NCBI GenBank assembly: GCA_963713605.1
Contig: CAVQMO010000001.1
Coordinates: 32,001 to 96,000, forward strand
DNA from: an uncultured Nitrososphaerales archaeon
GTDB lineage: Archaea > Thermoproteota > Nitrososphaeria > Nitrososphaerales > Nitrososphaeraceae
Direction of reading: 5' to 3'
Length of the DNA: 64,000 bases
The translations under genes and the position numbers were made by a program. A model generated the notes under the pieces. That model searched no databases. It saw only the letters and a list, made by a program, of their open reading frames with translations, and was not told the DNA's origin. The number at the start of each line of letters is the position of its first letter. Within the stretch, counting starts at the first letter, position 1. Of the stretch, positions 9,313-20,758 are shown in pieces.

Positions 9313-10017
9313 TTGATGGACGCCAATGTTGGAAACAGTGATTCAAAGGAGAAGCTTCTGGAGATTAATACAAGAGTAACTATGTGTCAGATGTGCCCGA
9401 GGTTATCGGAGCATATAAAATTAATTTCATCAAACATACCAAAACGGTTCGGAAATGATCTTTACTGGGCAAGACCAGTTCCCAGCTTTGGAGATGCGAA
9501 TGCAAGGTTACTAATAATCGGACTAGCACCGGCAGCCCATGGTGGAAATAGAACAGGACGCATGTTTACAGGTGATAGCTCGGGAGACTGGGTCGCCAAG
9601 GCATTGTTCCAAACGGGGTTTGCCAGCTCTTCTGTCAGTCAGTGCACGAATGACGGATTTGCACTAAAGGATGCATATATTACTGCAGTAGTACGCTGTG
9701 CACCCCCTTACAATCGGCCCAATTCGTCTGAAATAGCAAACTGTGCTCACTATCTGAGGTCTGAATTGGATTCACTTAATAAAACAGTCAAGGTCATCGT
9801 CACTCTCGGGCATATTGCGTTTCAAACATATTGCAAGCTTATCGGCATCACTGCAATAGAGTTTCACCACGGGGGTAAGTTCAATATCAAAGGCAGCAAG
9901 GTTCTTTTATCGTCATATCATCCAAGTAGGCAGAATACTAATACTGGAAGATTAACCTGGAGAATGTGGATACGAATCTTTGAAACTGCTAAGATGATTC
10001 TAGATTCTCAGGATTAG
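9313..10017 (+). CDS. udgB: Uracil-DNA glycosylase family 5 (UdgB type, 4Fe-4S)
   Basis: CxxCPRL, GLAPAAHGGNRTGRMFTGDSSG, VRCAPP.N.P and YHPSRQNTNTG. Confidence 0.92.
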   Translation: MMDANVGNSDSKEKLLEINTRVTMCQMCPRLSEHIKLISSNIPKRFGNDLYWARPVPSFGDANARLLIIGLAPAAHGGNRTGRMFTGDSSGDWVAKALFQTGFASSSVSQCTNDGFALKDAYITAVVRCAPPYNRPNSSEIANCAHYLRSELDSLNKTVKVIVTLGHIAFQTYCKLIGITAIEFHHGGKFNIKGSKVLLSSYHPSRQNTNTGRLTWRMWIRIFETAKMILDSQD

Positions 10018-10266
10018 TAACCAATGAAGTCCCGATAAAATTTATAAAGTGACATATTTCAAGTTGACCATGTCTTCTTTTCAAGTCTATGTTAGGCGAT
10101 TATTATCTCGTAGCTACATCCGCAAATCTTGGCGATTTGTGTAGCCAATCCAGGCACTACTGAAATAATTTATTATGTTTATATTTAGATTTCTCGAGCA
10201 GCTCTATATGCACATTTCAAACAGCAAATAGTTCACTCATAATCCCAAACAGTCATTTTGACTAGC

Positions 10267-11736
10267 TTATGCACTCAACTTCTCCAAAGATAGATTTAAC
10301 GTATTCCTTCCTAGCAATAAAACTACTATGGCTGCAACAAAACTAAATGAAGAGAGCCCAACCATCAAATTGAAAAATCCGAAAATTACAAGCATGATAA
10401 AGACAAAAGGACCAATTGTGGCAATTAGCCTACCAGTACCTTCAACAATTCCAGAGCCTGTGGAGCGAATCTCGGTAGGAAAATATTCTGCTGTGTAGGT
10501 TAAGAGATTCGAAATCATCCATGCGTTAGCCCCAAATGCTATGAAACTGGAGATAACCAATCCAACGTAATCATGAATGAATATACCTCGTAGGATAAAT
10601 GCCAACCCCATCATAATGCATGAAAATGCGATTTGATACTTTCTTTCAATTCTGTCTGCAACAATAAGAGAACATATGCCTCCAGCCACAAACCCCGAAC
10701 TTGCGATCATGTTCACAGATATGGATTCTGTGATATCATATCCTTGGTTAGTATATTCAACAACCAATAGAAGTGAAGCGTAAATCGGTATAAGCGCAAG
10801 AGACCAAATGGCTGACAGTATGAAAATCCTGCCAAAAACGAGTCTCCTATTAGTAACAAATTTCTTAAATAGAAGACTTAGATTCTTAGTTGCCCCACGA
10901 CTCGAGCTGTTTAGTCCTTTTTTGTCATCCTGTCCAATTTCCTTTGTGACATCTGAGACCTTATTTGACGTATTTTCCGTTTCAGAGTGATTTACAACTC
11001 CATGACGTGTAATCGGATCTAAACCAAGCTTGATAAGTAGTCTATTCGCTTCCTTTGTTTTACCCTTAGATATAAGCCATCGAAGGGACTCTGGCATACC
11101 CATTCTTAGAATTAGTGCAATCAGGGCTGGTACTACTGCTATCGCCAGAATTATTCGCCAACTCTCTATCTGGACTACATTGCCGATTTCGCTTTCGAAC
11201 AGTGCAAAAGAAATGGGCCCCGATAGAGCAATACCTGTCCACCCGAAAAAAACTATCAGTGAAGTGTATCTACCTCTCTTTGACTTTGGTGATATTTCTC
11301 CGATGTATGTCGTTACAATTGCAATCTCTGAGCCAATTCCAATGCCTGTAATCAATCTAAATATGACCATCTGAGTCATATTTTGTGCTGACGCCGACAG
11401 GATGGAACCTGCTGCCAAGATCAGAACTGAAATTATGAGCGCGGGTTTTCTTCCATAGAGATCCGCATAGATTGTAATGAGGACTGCACCTATAACATAT
11501 CCCAAAACTGTTAAAGATGCGCCGAGAGCGATCTCTGAATCTTGAACATTCCAGCTCTGCTTCAACATTGGGGATATGTATGCATAATTTGAAAAATCAT
11601 AATAAGTAAAAAAGCTAGCCAGACTTAAGGCCAATAAGACGCCAGTACTAATAGGTAATTTGTGTAGAGAATCTATTCTTGTTCCTAATTGAGATATCAG
11701 GAATTCAGTGTCATCTGAATCAGATGATGGCGGCAT
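10267..11736 (-). CDS. MFS transporter (sugar porter / aromatic acid:H+ symporter-like)
   Basis: ADLYGRKP motif A, RLITGIGIG.E, YIGEISP...RG, PES.RWL and EYFPTEIRSTG; about 12 TM segments. Confidence 0.9.
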   Translation of the reverse strand: MPPSSDSDDTEFLISQLGTRIDSLHKLPISTGVLLALSLASFFTYYDFSNYAYISPMLKQSWNVQDSEIALGASLTVLGYVIGAVLITIYADLYGRKPALIISVLILAAGSILSASAQNMTQMVIFRLITGIGIGSEIAIVTTYIGEISPKSKRGRYTSLIVFFGWTGIALSGPISFALFESEIGNVVQIESWRIILAIAVVPALIALILRMGMPESLRWLISKGKTKEANRLLIKLGLDPITRHGVVNHSETENTSNKVSDVTKEIGQDDKKGLNSSSRGATKNLSLLFKKFVTNRRLVFGRIFILSAIWSLALIPIYASLLLVVEYTNQGYDITESISVNMIASSGFVAGGICSLIVADRIERKYQIAFSCIMMGLAFILRGIFIHDYVGLVISSFIAFGANAWMISNLLTYTAEYFPTEIRSTGSGIVEGTGRLIATIGPFVFIMLVIFGFFNLMVGLSSFSFVAAIVVLLLGRNTLNLSLEKLSA

Positions 11737-12868
11737 ATTCCACTCATATAAAATGCATTGATATAAATACCTTGAAAATCATTTTGTTCCAATTGAGACA
11801 ATTGTCTGTCAAAATTTGGCGATCCGCTAAAATAAATTCCTGAACTTCAAAGTAATACGACATGCAATTGACATAACACGATGACTATTGCAATCATGTA
11901 GTTATTAATCTCCTATTTTATCTAAACTCTGATAGTCCACTTCTCAGCATTTGATATGGAATACTAACTAATTATCGGCCTCAGGGACCCATACGTAAAT
12001 ATGGCTGTCAGTCACTATTTTATGTGAAGCACTTTCACGTTAATTTTAAACCTATGGTTACCAATTCTTAGAAAACTATACACCATAAGATACATTACAG
12101 ATAGATAATCACGAGCTACTGTAGTATCATAATATGCTTTAAATTGAGAATCTGCGCCGGTTTCTCTAATCGATCTGCGCTGTAATGGACATTGATACAA
12201 GTTAGCTTTCCGAGATAGAATATGAGACTAACTGATGAGAAGGCTAGTATTATTATTTTAACGGTAGAAACAGAATGTTAAAATTTTAGGTAGAGTTATG
12301 TAACCATACCTTTATATCACCAGACGGATATCGACGCACATTTAGTCGATTTGTAACTACTTTATTATTATTAGTCTGTGATCTATGACTATTTTCTCTG
12401 CTATTCGGATCTATTAACACTTACGACACCTACCAGGCGGTGAACTTCATTACTCTAACGGTTTTACTCTGAGTAGCAATAAGTATGTGATAATGTATTT
12501 GCGACCTTCTGGATAAGACATTAAAGTGGATATATCTAGCTTCTGATAGGCAAATTTCCTTTTAAGCAGGAATATATCTGCCTTTTTGCCACAATTGTGT
12601 GAGTACTTACCTTCCATCTCTATTCTCAATACTCATGCATACCTTGCAAATCGTGGTTTGTGCTTAGTTCAAAATATTCGTCAAGTTGCAAATCGGCAAT
12701 CAAGTATAATCTCTACATTTTAATTTTTTATATCTCCATTAATAATATATCTATGATCTGCTTTCATGCCAACAAAATTGATGAACTTTTAGCTAAAAAC
12801 ATGAAAATTATCTAATGCGCGATGTTTATATCTTGCGAATGAATACTAATGACTGCACATTTTAGAAA

Positions 12869-14049
12869 TTGGACGACAGTAATACCGGAGCTTCTGATGA
12901 CGGTCTAAGCGATAGTGCTATGAATGGTTCATCTCAAGGTCGGGATAAAGGGTTGAACCTCGAAGGCAAGAAATTAAACGACTTGGAAGTATCAAAGAGA
13001 AATCGTAAGTTTTCCGAACATAGCAGCCTTGTGAGCGAAGGAATCATTGCAGGACAAAGAATTGCAAAAATATCCGTTGTTACTCTCATCAGCATTGGAA
13101 TTGTAGAAATTCTTACGGGATACTATAGTGGTAGTGTAGTAGCAACAGCAGACGGTATAGATTCTATGTCTGATGCTGCTATTTCATTTATTGTTCTATT
13201 AGGTCTGCGTATTGCTCACAAACCTGCTGACAAGAAATTTCATTTTGGATACCATAAGGTGGAAAGCTTGCCGCATTGATGGCTGCTATAGGAATGGTAG
13301 CCATAGGTATTGTAATATTTTACAATTCATATCAAGCTATTTTGCACCCACATGAAATAAGGCAACCAATTCTGACGATGGTTGTTTTGGCTGCAGCTGG
13401 TGCAATCTCATTACATAGGGCTTTTCAGATGAGGAATATTGCAAACAAGTACAATTTGTTATCATTGAGAACTGATGCTAAGAATTCGATAAAAGATGGT
13501 TCAGCATCAATAATTGGATTTCTGAGCGTTTTGATAGCTTCCCAGTTTGGATTTTTGCAAATGGATGCCATAGGCGGGATGATAATTGCAGGCTACATTT
13601 TTTCGGTATCTTACATCTCATTAAAAAAGTCATCCTTGATACTTGTAGATTCGTGGCAGAACCCCAAACTCACTGAACTTATTAAGCAACACATCGAACA
13701 AAAGGAGTTTAGAATTAGCCAAGGCCCGGAACTATTACAAACTAAAGTCAAGGTTCGCTCGGTGTTGCTTAGACCAGCCGGAATGGTCTCCCAAGCTGAA
13801 GTGCATATTGAAGTAGATGGTGATAAGCCGCTAAAAGACGTGGAATTGATATGTCTTCAGGTTGAAATGGAGATCCGTTCAAAATTTCCAGATCTAGAAA
13901 GAATTTCGATAATTCCGCATTCATCGATCGCTAAGCCAATGACAACACAATCTACTTCATTCAGGAGATGGATTTCGGTACCTGATATATTGCATCAGCA
14001 TCGGCAACAACAACAACAACAAAAGCACAAGCACGAGCATGGGAAGTAA
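12869..14049 (+). CDS. Cation diffusion facilitator (FieF-like) transporter, split by 1-nt deletion near 13269
   Basis: ADGIDSMSD, KPADKKFHFGYHKVES, then LRTDAKNSIKD and a C-terminal dimerisation domain in the next frame; restoring one T gives VESFAALMAA. Confidence 0.88.
14005..14022 (+). repeat. (CAA)6 microsatellite encoding poly-Gln in the CDF tail
   Basis: caacaacaacaacaacaa read directly. Confidence 0.9.
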
Positions 14050-14235
14050 ACGCCTAAATGCATTGCGAGGATTATCTAATCCTACTTTTTTCAGATAGGT
14101 GTTTATTACTGGTTAAAATTAGCTGACCTGTTAGCGGAAGGAATAAGTGCTTAAATTATTTGGACAATATTTTGCTCCGAACCAAATTCTTATGTGCAAG
14201 TGAACAGTTTTTAAGGATGTAAAAAGATAACTCAG

Positions 14236-14622
14236 TTGATGACAAACTCAATCATCAAAGTGTTAATTCCTGTATTGACTGCAATGACAATCTTTACAAC
14301 TGCTGAGGTATTAGCACAAAAACAACAGAACACTGTCAACTTAGCGACATCACAAGTTGAATTAATAGCAGGTCCTACTAATAATGTAGAACTGGAAGGA
14401 CAAGTTGTAAACAATTCGACTGCGGCTGTAAATGATGTAAAAGTAAATGTGCAGTTCTACGATCCAAATGGACAACTTTTACTTGAGACCAGTAGGTTCA
14501 TCACTCAGCCGTCCCAGACACTCCAACCAGGTGAGTCAGTGCCGTTTACCATTTTGGAGACACTTGGTCGTGATCAAGTTGACAAACACGTGGTAATCGC
14601 AGAAGCGGACGCAGCTACATAA
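14236..14622 (+). CDS. Secreted FxLYD-domain protein
   Basis: Signal peptide; GQVVNNS....DVKVNVQFYDPNGQLL...LQPGESVPF. Confidence 0.8.
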   Translation: MMTNSIIKVLIPVLTAMTIFTTAEVLAQKQQNTVNLATSQVELIAGPTNNVELEGQVVNNSTAAVNDVKVNVQFYDPNGQLLLETSRFITQPSQTLQPGESVPFTILETLGRDQVDKHVVIAEADAAT

Positions 14623-15082
14623 AACATTCTACTAGCAAGTGACTCAATGCTTCAACGATATATTTTTTCATCGTAAATATTCTGTAACTAACTAATCCTG
14701 TATTTGGAATTAGTCAGTATATTTTAATCTGCATTAGAAGTTCAGGATATATACCGGCGACTTGTAAATTAGAATAAATCTTAAAATTGCTCTGAACCCA
14801 GCCTACCCTTGGGTTGAGTTCACCATTAGTACTGCGCATAATAACTCTACAAGGTCCTCGTCCTTATTAGTCATCTCACAGATTGATTCTAGTACGGATA
14901 CAATGAAATGCTATGGACAAAATTCCGAGAAACTTGAGGTTCACTCCCCGGTTCAATGTATACTACTAAACGATGATTCTGACCAAATTAGCCCAATCAT
15001 AGTATGAACTTGCTTACGGTATTGACTCGCTTACTCAGACTGAGGTAATAAACGTCATTCTAGTAATAGCTATTTTTTGATT

Positions 15083-15493
15083 TCATCTTCCGGATATGCC
15101 TCCGGTATAGTCCCCTGATACTTTCACGATACCTTCTTCAGATTCACTAATCACCTTCAGTAATTCCAAAGTCAGTCTCATGTTTGCCACATAGTGAGTA
15201 CCATTTTCATAAACTGACGGCAGAAGCCCTGTCTCTTTAAATATTAAATTTTTCATTTTTTCAGGGTCTGTGCTCTTCGTAGTGGATATTTCGACCATAT
15301 AAAACGGAGGAGACGACTTCGATGTCTCAATAGACTTTCGTACTTCCTCTTCTTCGCGGATGAGAAGATCGTGTATTAGTGCAGGACTTATTTTTGGGAG
15401 ATGTAACTGATACAGAGTTTGTAAGCCTTGAAAAACCATTCTTATTTCCTGCAATTCATCAGAAGGCATGAATATCCACCTACTAGTAGCCAT
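15083..15493 (-). CDS. Hypothetical protein
   Basis: 136-aa ORF with ATG start and protein-like composition; no recognised motif. Confidence 0.65.
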   Translation of the reverse strand: MATSRWIFMPSDELQEIRMVFQGLQTLYQLHLPKISPALIHDLLIREEEEVRKSIETSKSSPPFYMVEISTTKSTDPEKMKNLIFKETGLLPSVYENGTHYVANMRLTLELLKVISESEEGIVKVSGDYTGGISGR

Positions 15494-15833
15494 AATATAA
15501 AGGTAAATTTCTATCGAAACTGCATGAATGTACTAGTCCTAGAGTAGGAAACGATAAGTTTAGTTCTTGCTGGGAGTAGTCTTTGCGTTGATCATAAAAA
15601 GTTAAGGATAACTTGTGTCAAATTTGAATAATATCAATTCGTCTATCGAGAGTTCCAAAATGTCATTTTTGATGTATTGATACGAACAATTCAGGCAGGA
15701 ATTTTGATGGAGAGCGATGTGTACAAACCTGGATGGCATCACTAATGCTTTTCATTATGGAAGATATTCTCAGTATCTTGCTGGCAACAAAGAGTTCATT
15801 CAATGACTTCAAGTCGTTCCGAACAATGAGTGA

Positions 15834-16785
15834 TTATCTCAAAGGTAGCATACACATTAACGCCTTCTGTACGTGTAGCCTATTTTCAGCTTGGTCCCAC
15901 ACTACAGATGACTTACCGTCAATTACTTCGGAAGTGACTTCTCGACCTCTGGAGGCCGGCAGGCAATGCATAAAAATGCAATCTTTCTTTGCAGACCTTA
16001 ACAGATCAGAATTTACCTGGTACCTAGGTAAAAATATCTCTTCCCTTCGTTTTCTTTCCTCATCCTTTCCAATGGATATGAATGTATCTGTTGCTAATAC
16101 GTCAGCATCTCGAACCGCTTCTAAAGGGTCATCTGTGATCGATATTTCTGTAGAATTATTGGAAGCTTCTTGTCTTGCTACATTTAGTACATCGTCATTA
16201 GGTTCGAAACCCGGAGGACAAGCAATCGAAAGATTTATGCCTATTTTCGAACACCCTAGTACTAAATCATTGCAAACATTATTACCGTCTCCTATCCATG
16301 CAATTTTCAATCCATTAAATGTATTTTTCTGCTCTTGAATCGTGAGGAGATCGGCCAAAATTTGGCAAGGATGAAAAGTATCCGAAAGCCCGTTTATCAC
16401 GGGAACAGAGGAATGAGCTGCAAGTTTCTCAATATCCGAATGCGCATATACTCGCGCCATAATCAAGTCAACGTAAAGCGATAGCGTTCGAGCTGTATCT
16501 TCGATTGATTCTCCTCTCAGCTAGTTGAAGGTCATTTGAACTCAGATAGATAGCGGTCCCACCTAGCTGTACGATTCCCGTTTCAAAACTTAGTCTGGTC
16601 CTAGTAGAAGGTTTCTGAAAAATCATGGCAAGCGTTATCCCTTTCAGTAATTGGGACGATTTTCCATTCTTCAAGTCCCTCTTGAGATCCTTCGACAAAT
16701 CTAAAATTGATAAGATTTCCTCTTTACCTAGGTCTTTCAAACTCAAGAAATCTTTCTTATTTAAGGAGGTCTTCAATGTCTTCAT
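15834..16785 (-). CDS. argF: Ornithine carbamoyltransferase, +1 frameshift near 16518
   Basis: FQKPSTRTRLSFE, INGLSDTFHPCQILADL and FMHCLP; removing 1 nt restores QLARGESIEDTAR. Confidence 0.95.
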
Positions 16786-18385
16786 CTGTTAGATAGACTA
16801 TTTCTTCTTCTTTGCCTTCCTTCTGACCTTTGATTTTTTTCTCATTGTCCTCGACTAAATCCTTAGTTTTGGACTTCCCTTCAGACTCAATGGCTGGGGC
16901 GAGGTCCTTTTCATGAGAACTCTTCATGGTACGATTATCCATTGTAGAGTACTTTTCTGAATCTTGTGTCTTCTGTTTATTTTTCTTTCCAAACAGACCT
17001 CTAAAAAAGCCTCCCGGTTCTTTTTTCTCCGATGTAGACTCGGGTTTCTTGTCAGATGTGACACTAATGAACTTGGGTTGCTGTTCTTGATAACCTTGCT
17101 GCCTGCTTTTGCTCTTGTTGTTGCGGGGGTACTTGCTCATGTTGTTGTTCTGAATGCTGTGGTTGTTTTAAAGGTCCTTCTTGCTGATCCGGCTGCTCTG
17201 TATAGTAAGCCTTTCAGAGGCGACTCTATCTAGTGATTCATATTTATTTGAACTAAAATCACCTGAATCTGGAGGCAATTGTGGGGGAGTTCCGTCTATT
17301 TTTTGACTTGGACTTTCAGAAGTATCTTCATTGCCTACAGTTCTCAAAGTTACCTCCTTATCCGGTAGTTCTATATCCATTTCTACTCTTTCATTCCTTT
17401 TCGAGTCTTGTTTGGTTATATCATGTTGAATGTTATTGTTAGAAAGGATCTCCATTTCACTAACTAAAGGGGAATTACCAAAGATTGAATCGAGAAATTT
17501 CTCAGAACTAAAAGGTGTGATGTCGTCATACCCTTGTCCCATTCCTAAAAGCACGATTGGCTTTGATGTGGTATGCACAATCGATATGGCTGAACCTCCT
17601 TTGGCATCTGCATCCGTTTTTGTTAGTATTGCACCATCGAATTTGGTATACTCAAAAAACTCACGTGCCTGGTTAATGGTATCATTTCCTGCCAATGAAT
17701 CACCAATAAATAATTTGATATCTGGCTTTACAACCCTAACTATCTTGTTAATTTCATCCATCAGATTCTTAGCAGTCTGCATTCTGCCTGCAGTATCAAT
17801 TAATACCGTATCTACCCGGTGTTTAGTGGCATAATCCACAGCGTCACGTCCAACCGCAGATGGATCAGCTCCGTATCGCTGCGAGATGACTTTGATAGAC
17901 AAATTTTCTCCGTGCTGCGATAGCTGTTCAATTGCACCTGCCCTATGGGTATCTGCAGCTGCAAGTACAGTCGAGATTCCATTCTTCTTAAACAGACGAG
18001 CAATTTTTGCGATAGTCGTTGTTTTACCAGTACCATTAATTCCAAGTAAAAGTATAACAAAAGGTCCTTTTCCTGCTTCCTTTTTAGATCTGATTTGTTG
18101 GATAAGATTCATATTTCCAGATTTGTTAAACATGTCCGCTATCCGAATTCTGAGCTTGAGCCTGATCACTTCTTCTGCCCTTTGTCCTTTTTCAAGTCCT
18201 AGACCAAGTAATTCGGTTCGCAGGCTTCCAACAAGATCGTCTACTACCTCTGGGGCAACATCACTTTCAAGAAGAGAAAGTTCAAGTTCAGATAATTGAT
18301 TACTTAAATCTCTTTCAGAAATTTCCTTATGAGACGATAAGTTTCTCGCTGCGTCGGAAAATGCCCTTTTGAGCTGTTCAAACAT
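16757..18385 (-). CDS. ftsY: SRP receptor FtsY with long low-complexity C-terminal extension, interrupted near 17168
   Basis: GINGTGKTTTIAK, DTHRAGA, DTAGR and TKTDADAKGG. The downstream ORF 16757-17140 is in the same frame and continues the tail. Confidence 0.92.
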
Positions 18386-18410
18386 TTGCGTCTCTGTAAC
18401 CTTAACGCGA

Positions 18411-18893
18411 CTACTTATTATTACTACTGGGTTTACCCAAGTTGCTCCTGCCAGAGGTAGCTCTCTGCACCATTTCGTTGACTTGAACTTGGATTTGCTC
18501 CATCCGAAGAGATACCTGTTGTTTTTGTCCCATTAACTGTTTCAAAGCAATCTCGAACTCCTTCAACCTAGACTCTACGTAGTTGATTGTATCCTCTCTA
18601 CTCTTTTCCACTGCCACTCCTGCACCAATATTGATAAGCAATTTCCTAACAGGGGGTATTGATACTTTCATATGAACCCCAACACCGACAGGGACATACG
18701 ATTCAACTTCCGTTTCAGATTGAACCTCTTGCACTGCACTAGATGCTAATTTGGCTTCTTCTAGAAGTCTATTGACAGCTGCCTCACGAGCAATGATCTC
18801 ATTCAAATGAGCTTCAAGCACCCGTGCTTGCTGCATCATTTCATTAATCCTTTGTTCGAGGGCAGCTTGTTCGCCACTGATTCCGCTGCTCAT
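18411..18893 (-). CDS. pfdA: Prefoldin alpha subunit
   Basis: Coiled coil - VPVGVGV...LLINIGAGVAVEKS - coiled coil; sits upstream of ftsY as in many archaea. Confidence 0.93.
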   Translation of the reverse strand: MSSGISGEQAALEQRINEMMQQARVLEAHLNEIIAREAAVNRLLEEAKLASSAVQEVQSETEVESYVPVGVGVHMKVSIPPVRKLLINIGAGVAVEKSREDTINYVESRLKEFEIALKQLMGQKQQVSLRMEQIQVQVNEMVQRATSGRSNLGKPSSNNK

Positions 18894-19458
18894 TCAACCT
18901 TTAATCCTCGGGCTTTCTTATATTTGTGACTAGAAGTTTTAGTAAAATATTTCCCACTACAGACTAAAATAATATGTCAGATTCTTCGAACGCTTGATTG
19001 AATCTATTATTACGCTGCTAAAATGAGTTCTGATCTGATTTTGTCATAAAAGCCAAGTAAATTCCAGCAAGCATCATGGTGGTCACATCCTCGCAGCTGA
19101 AAATCAACAGGTACTCGTCGTTACCAGATATTAGTAAACGAATTTACTCAAGACAATACCTCAACGCAATAATATCCATACTAAAATACAATTCTGCTTC
19201 TAAACAAAAAATGAAAAAAAGAAAGATTTTTACTGAAAACGCATCGAATTGGAAAAAACAAAGGACAAGTTGATAGATACAACTCGACCACAGGCTCAGA
19301 GTAACTATTTCGTCATCTATCTCCCCAATTGTTGAATATTAGTCCCTTCCAGAATATAGTCCTCTAGTCGATGATACGATCCAGATTCTGATGATTTATG
19401 TGCCAGTATGGCTTATTCCAGTGCTAGCCAATGTAATCTGATCAACTAAGATCTTCCA

Positions 19459-20481
19459 TCATACCTTTGAGATCTTTAGCATGTTCTTCATTTCAACCTT
19501 CATTCCATATCTCTTTTCATTCATCTTCATGTGAGTATAGATTCTCAACAAGTCGCGAGAATTCCTTAACATGCTGAATCTGCCTGAGATTTTCATTTTG
19601 ATGAATTTATGAACCAAGGCGTATATATCAAACTTCCTTAATACTGCATTTCTGTATTGTTTCAAATTATTTAGATGTTCTACAAATAACTGTGCACACC
19701 AAGTAGATGGGACGATACCTTCACCCAACAATGCATAGACAGTACCAATCGATTCACCTACTCCGATTGTTTTTCTGCCGTCCGAAAACGGTTCACATAG
19801 AGAAGGGGGACTTATTCTGACTGGTCTGCCTACCTTGTGAATGATTTCGCATTTATGCGTGTTTAAAAAATCATCGAGGAATCCCATCGTGTACTTTCGT
19901 CCGAAATCACCAGCTCCTATGTGGGCATATCCATTACCGAGAGGAAAATACCAAAAATAACCTGACATACTCGAAAATGCCTTCAAGTAAAAGTCATCAT
20001 ATGGATTTTTATTCCGATCATATTTCACTTTGTATTGTACGCACGGAATCCAAGTCTCATTGGTAATTTTAGGCAAATAATTCCTGTGAAATCCTGTAGC
20101 ATCTACAATAAGATCAAAATCAGATTCTAAATTCTCCTTCTTTGGCACCTTTCCAAATTCTATGTCGGTACCACGTATCATATCTTTAATGAGCTGCAAT
20201 TTATCATAAGCAACCATGCCTCTTAACTTAACGTCAATACTATCATCTATCAATTCGACCTTCATATTTTTACCTTTGTGGAGAACGTACACGCTGAAAT
20301 CCAAACCGCATTCTTTTACTAAACCATCCATTACGTTCTCGCACGTCGCCCAAGCACACACCGCATCATGCTTTGACTCTGGCATTCTTTCAAAGCCCTT
20401 TACTGTGTTGTCCCCATCTTGACTGAGTTTGTTCATGATGTATGCACCAGCGACACCAATCCCAACTACAGCAATTTTCAT
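19459..20481 (-). CDS. FAD-dependent oxidoreductase, geranylgeranyl-reductase family
   Basis: KIAVVGIGVAG Rossmann motif, IVDATG, GYFWYFP and VGESIG.V..L.GEGI. Confidence 0.85.
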   Translation of the reverse strand: MKIAVVGIGVAGAYIMNKLSQDGDNTVKGFERMPESKHDAVCAWATCENVMDGLVKECGLDFSVYVLHKGKNMKVELIDDSIDVKLRGMVAYDKLQLIKDMIRGTDIEFGKVPKKENLESDFDLIVDATGFHRNYLPKITNETWIPCVQYKVKYDRNKNPYDDFYLKAFSSMSGYFWYFPLGNGYAHIGAGDFGRKYTMGFLDDFLNTHKCEIIHKVGRPVRISPPSLCEPFSDGRKTIGVGESIGTVYALLGEGIVPSTWCAQLFVEHLNNLKQYRNAVLRKFDIYALVHKFIKMKISGRFSMLRNSRDLLRIYTHMKMNEKRYGMKVEMKNMLKISKV

Positions 20482-20758
20482 TCTTAATGCATGATTCACA
20501 AGGGACTAATAAAAGGATTGACTAGATCCCCCTAAAAACATATTTTCTAAAAAGAATGGGGATAAGAAATAGAATAAAAAAATTGTAACAATTAATGACA
20601 TATTACAAATAATAGAAGGTGAATACATTTGATACGAAAGGTAGTGTCATTAACATCGGAAGAAAATACAGTAATTGGATCCTCCATACTACCTATTTAA
20701 TATAATGACTTCAGAAAGCTCGAGCCAATATCATCAGAAATCAACAAATCAACGAGGG

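Noticed and set aside
19388..19441. Possible C/D-box sRNA (TGATGA...CTGA)
   Set aside because: Imperfect C box and no internal D'/C' boxes; expected by chance.
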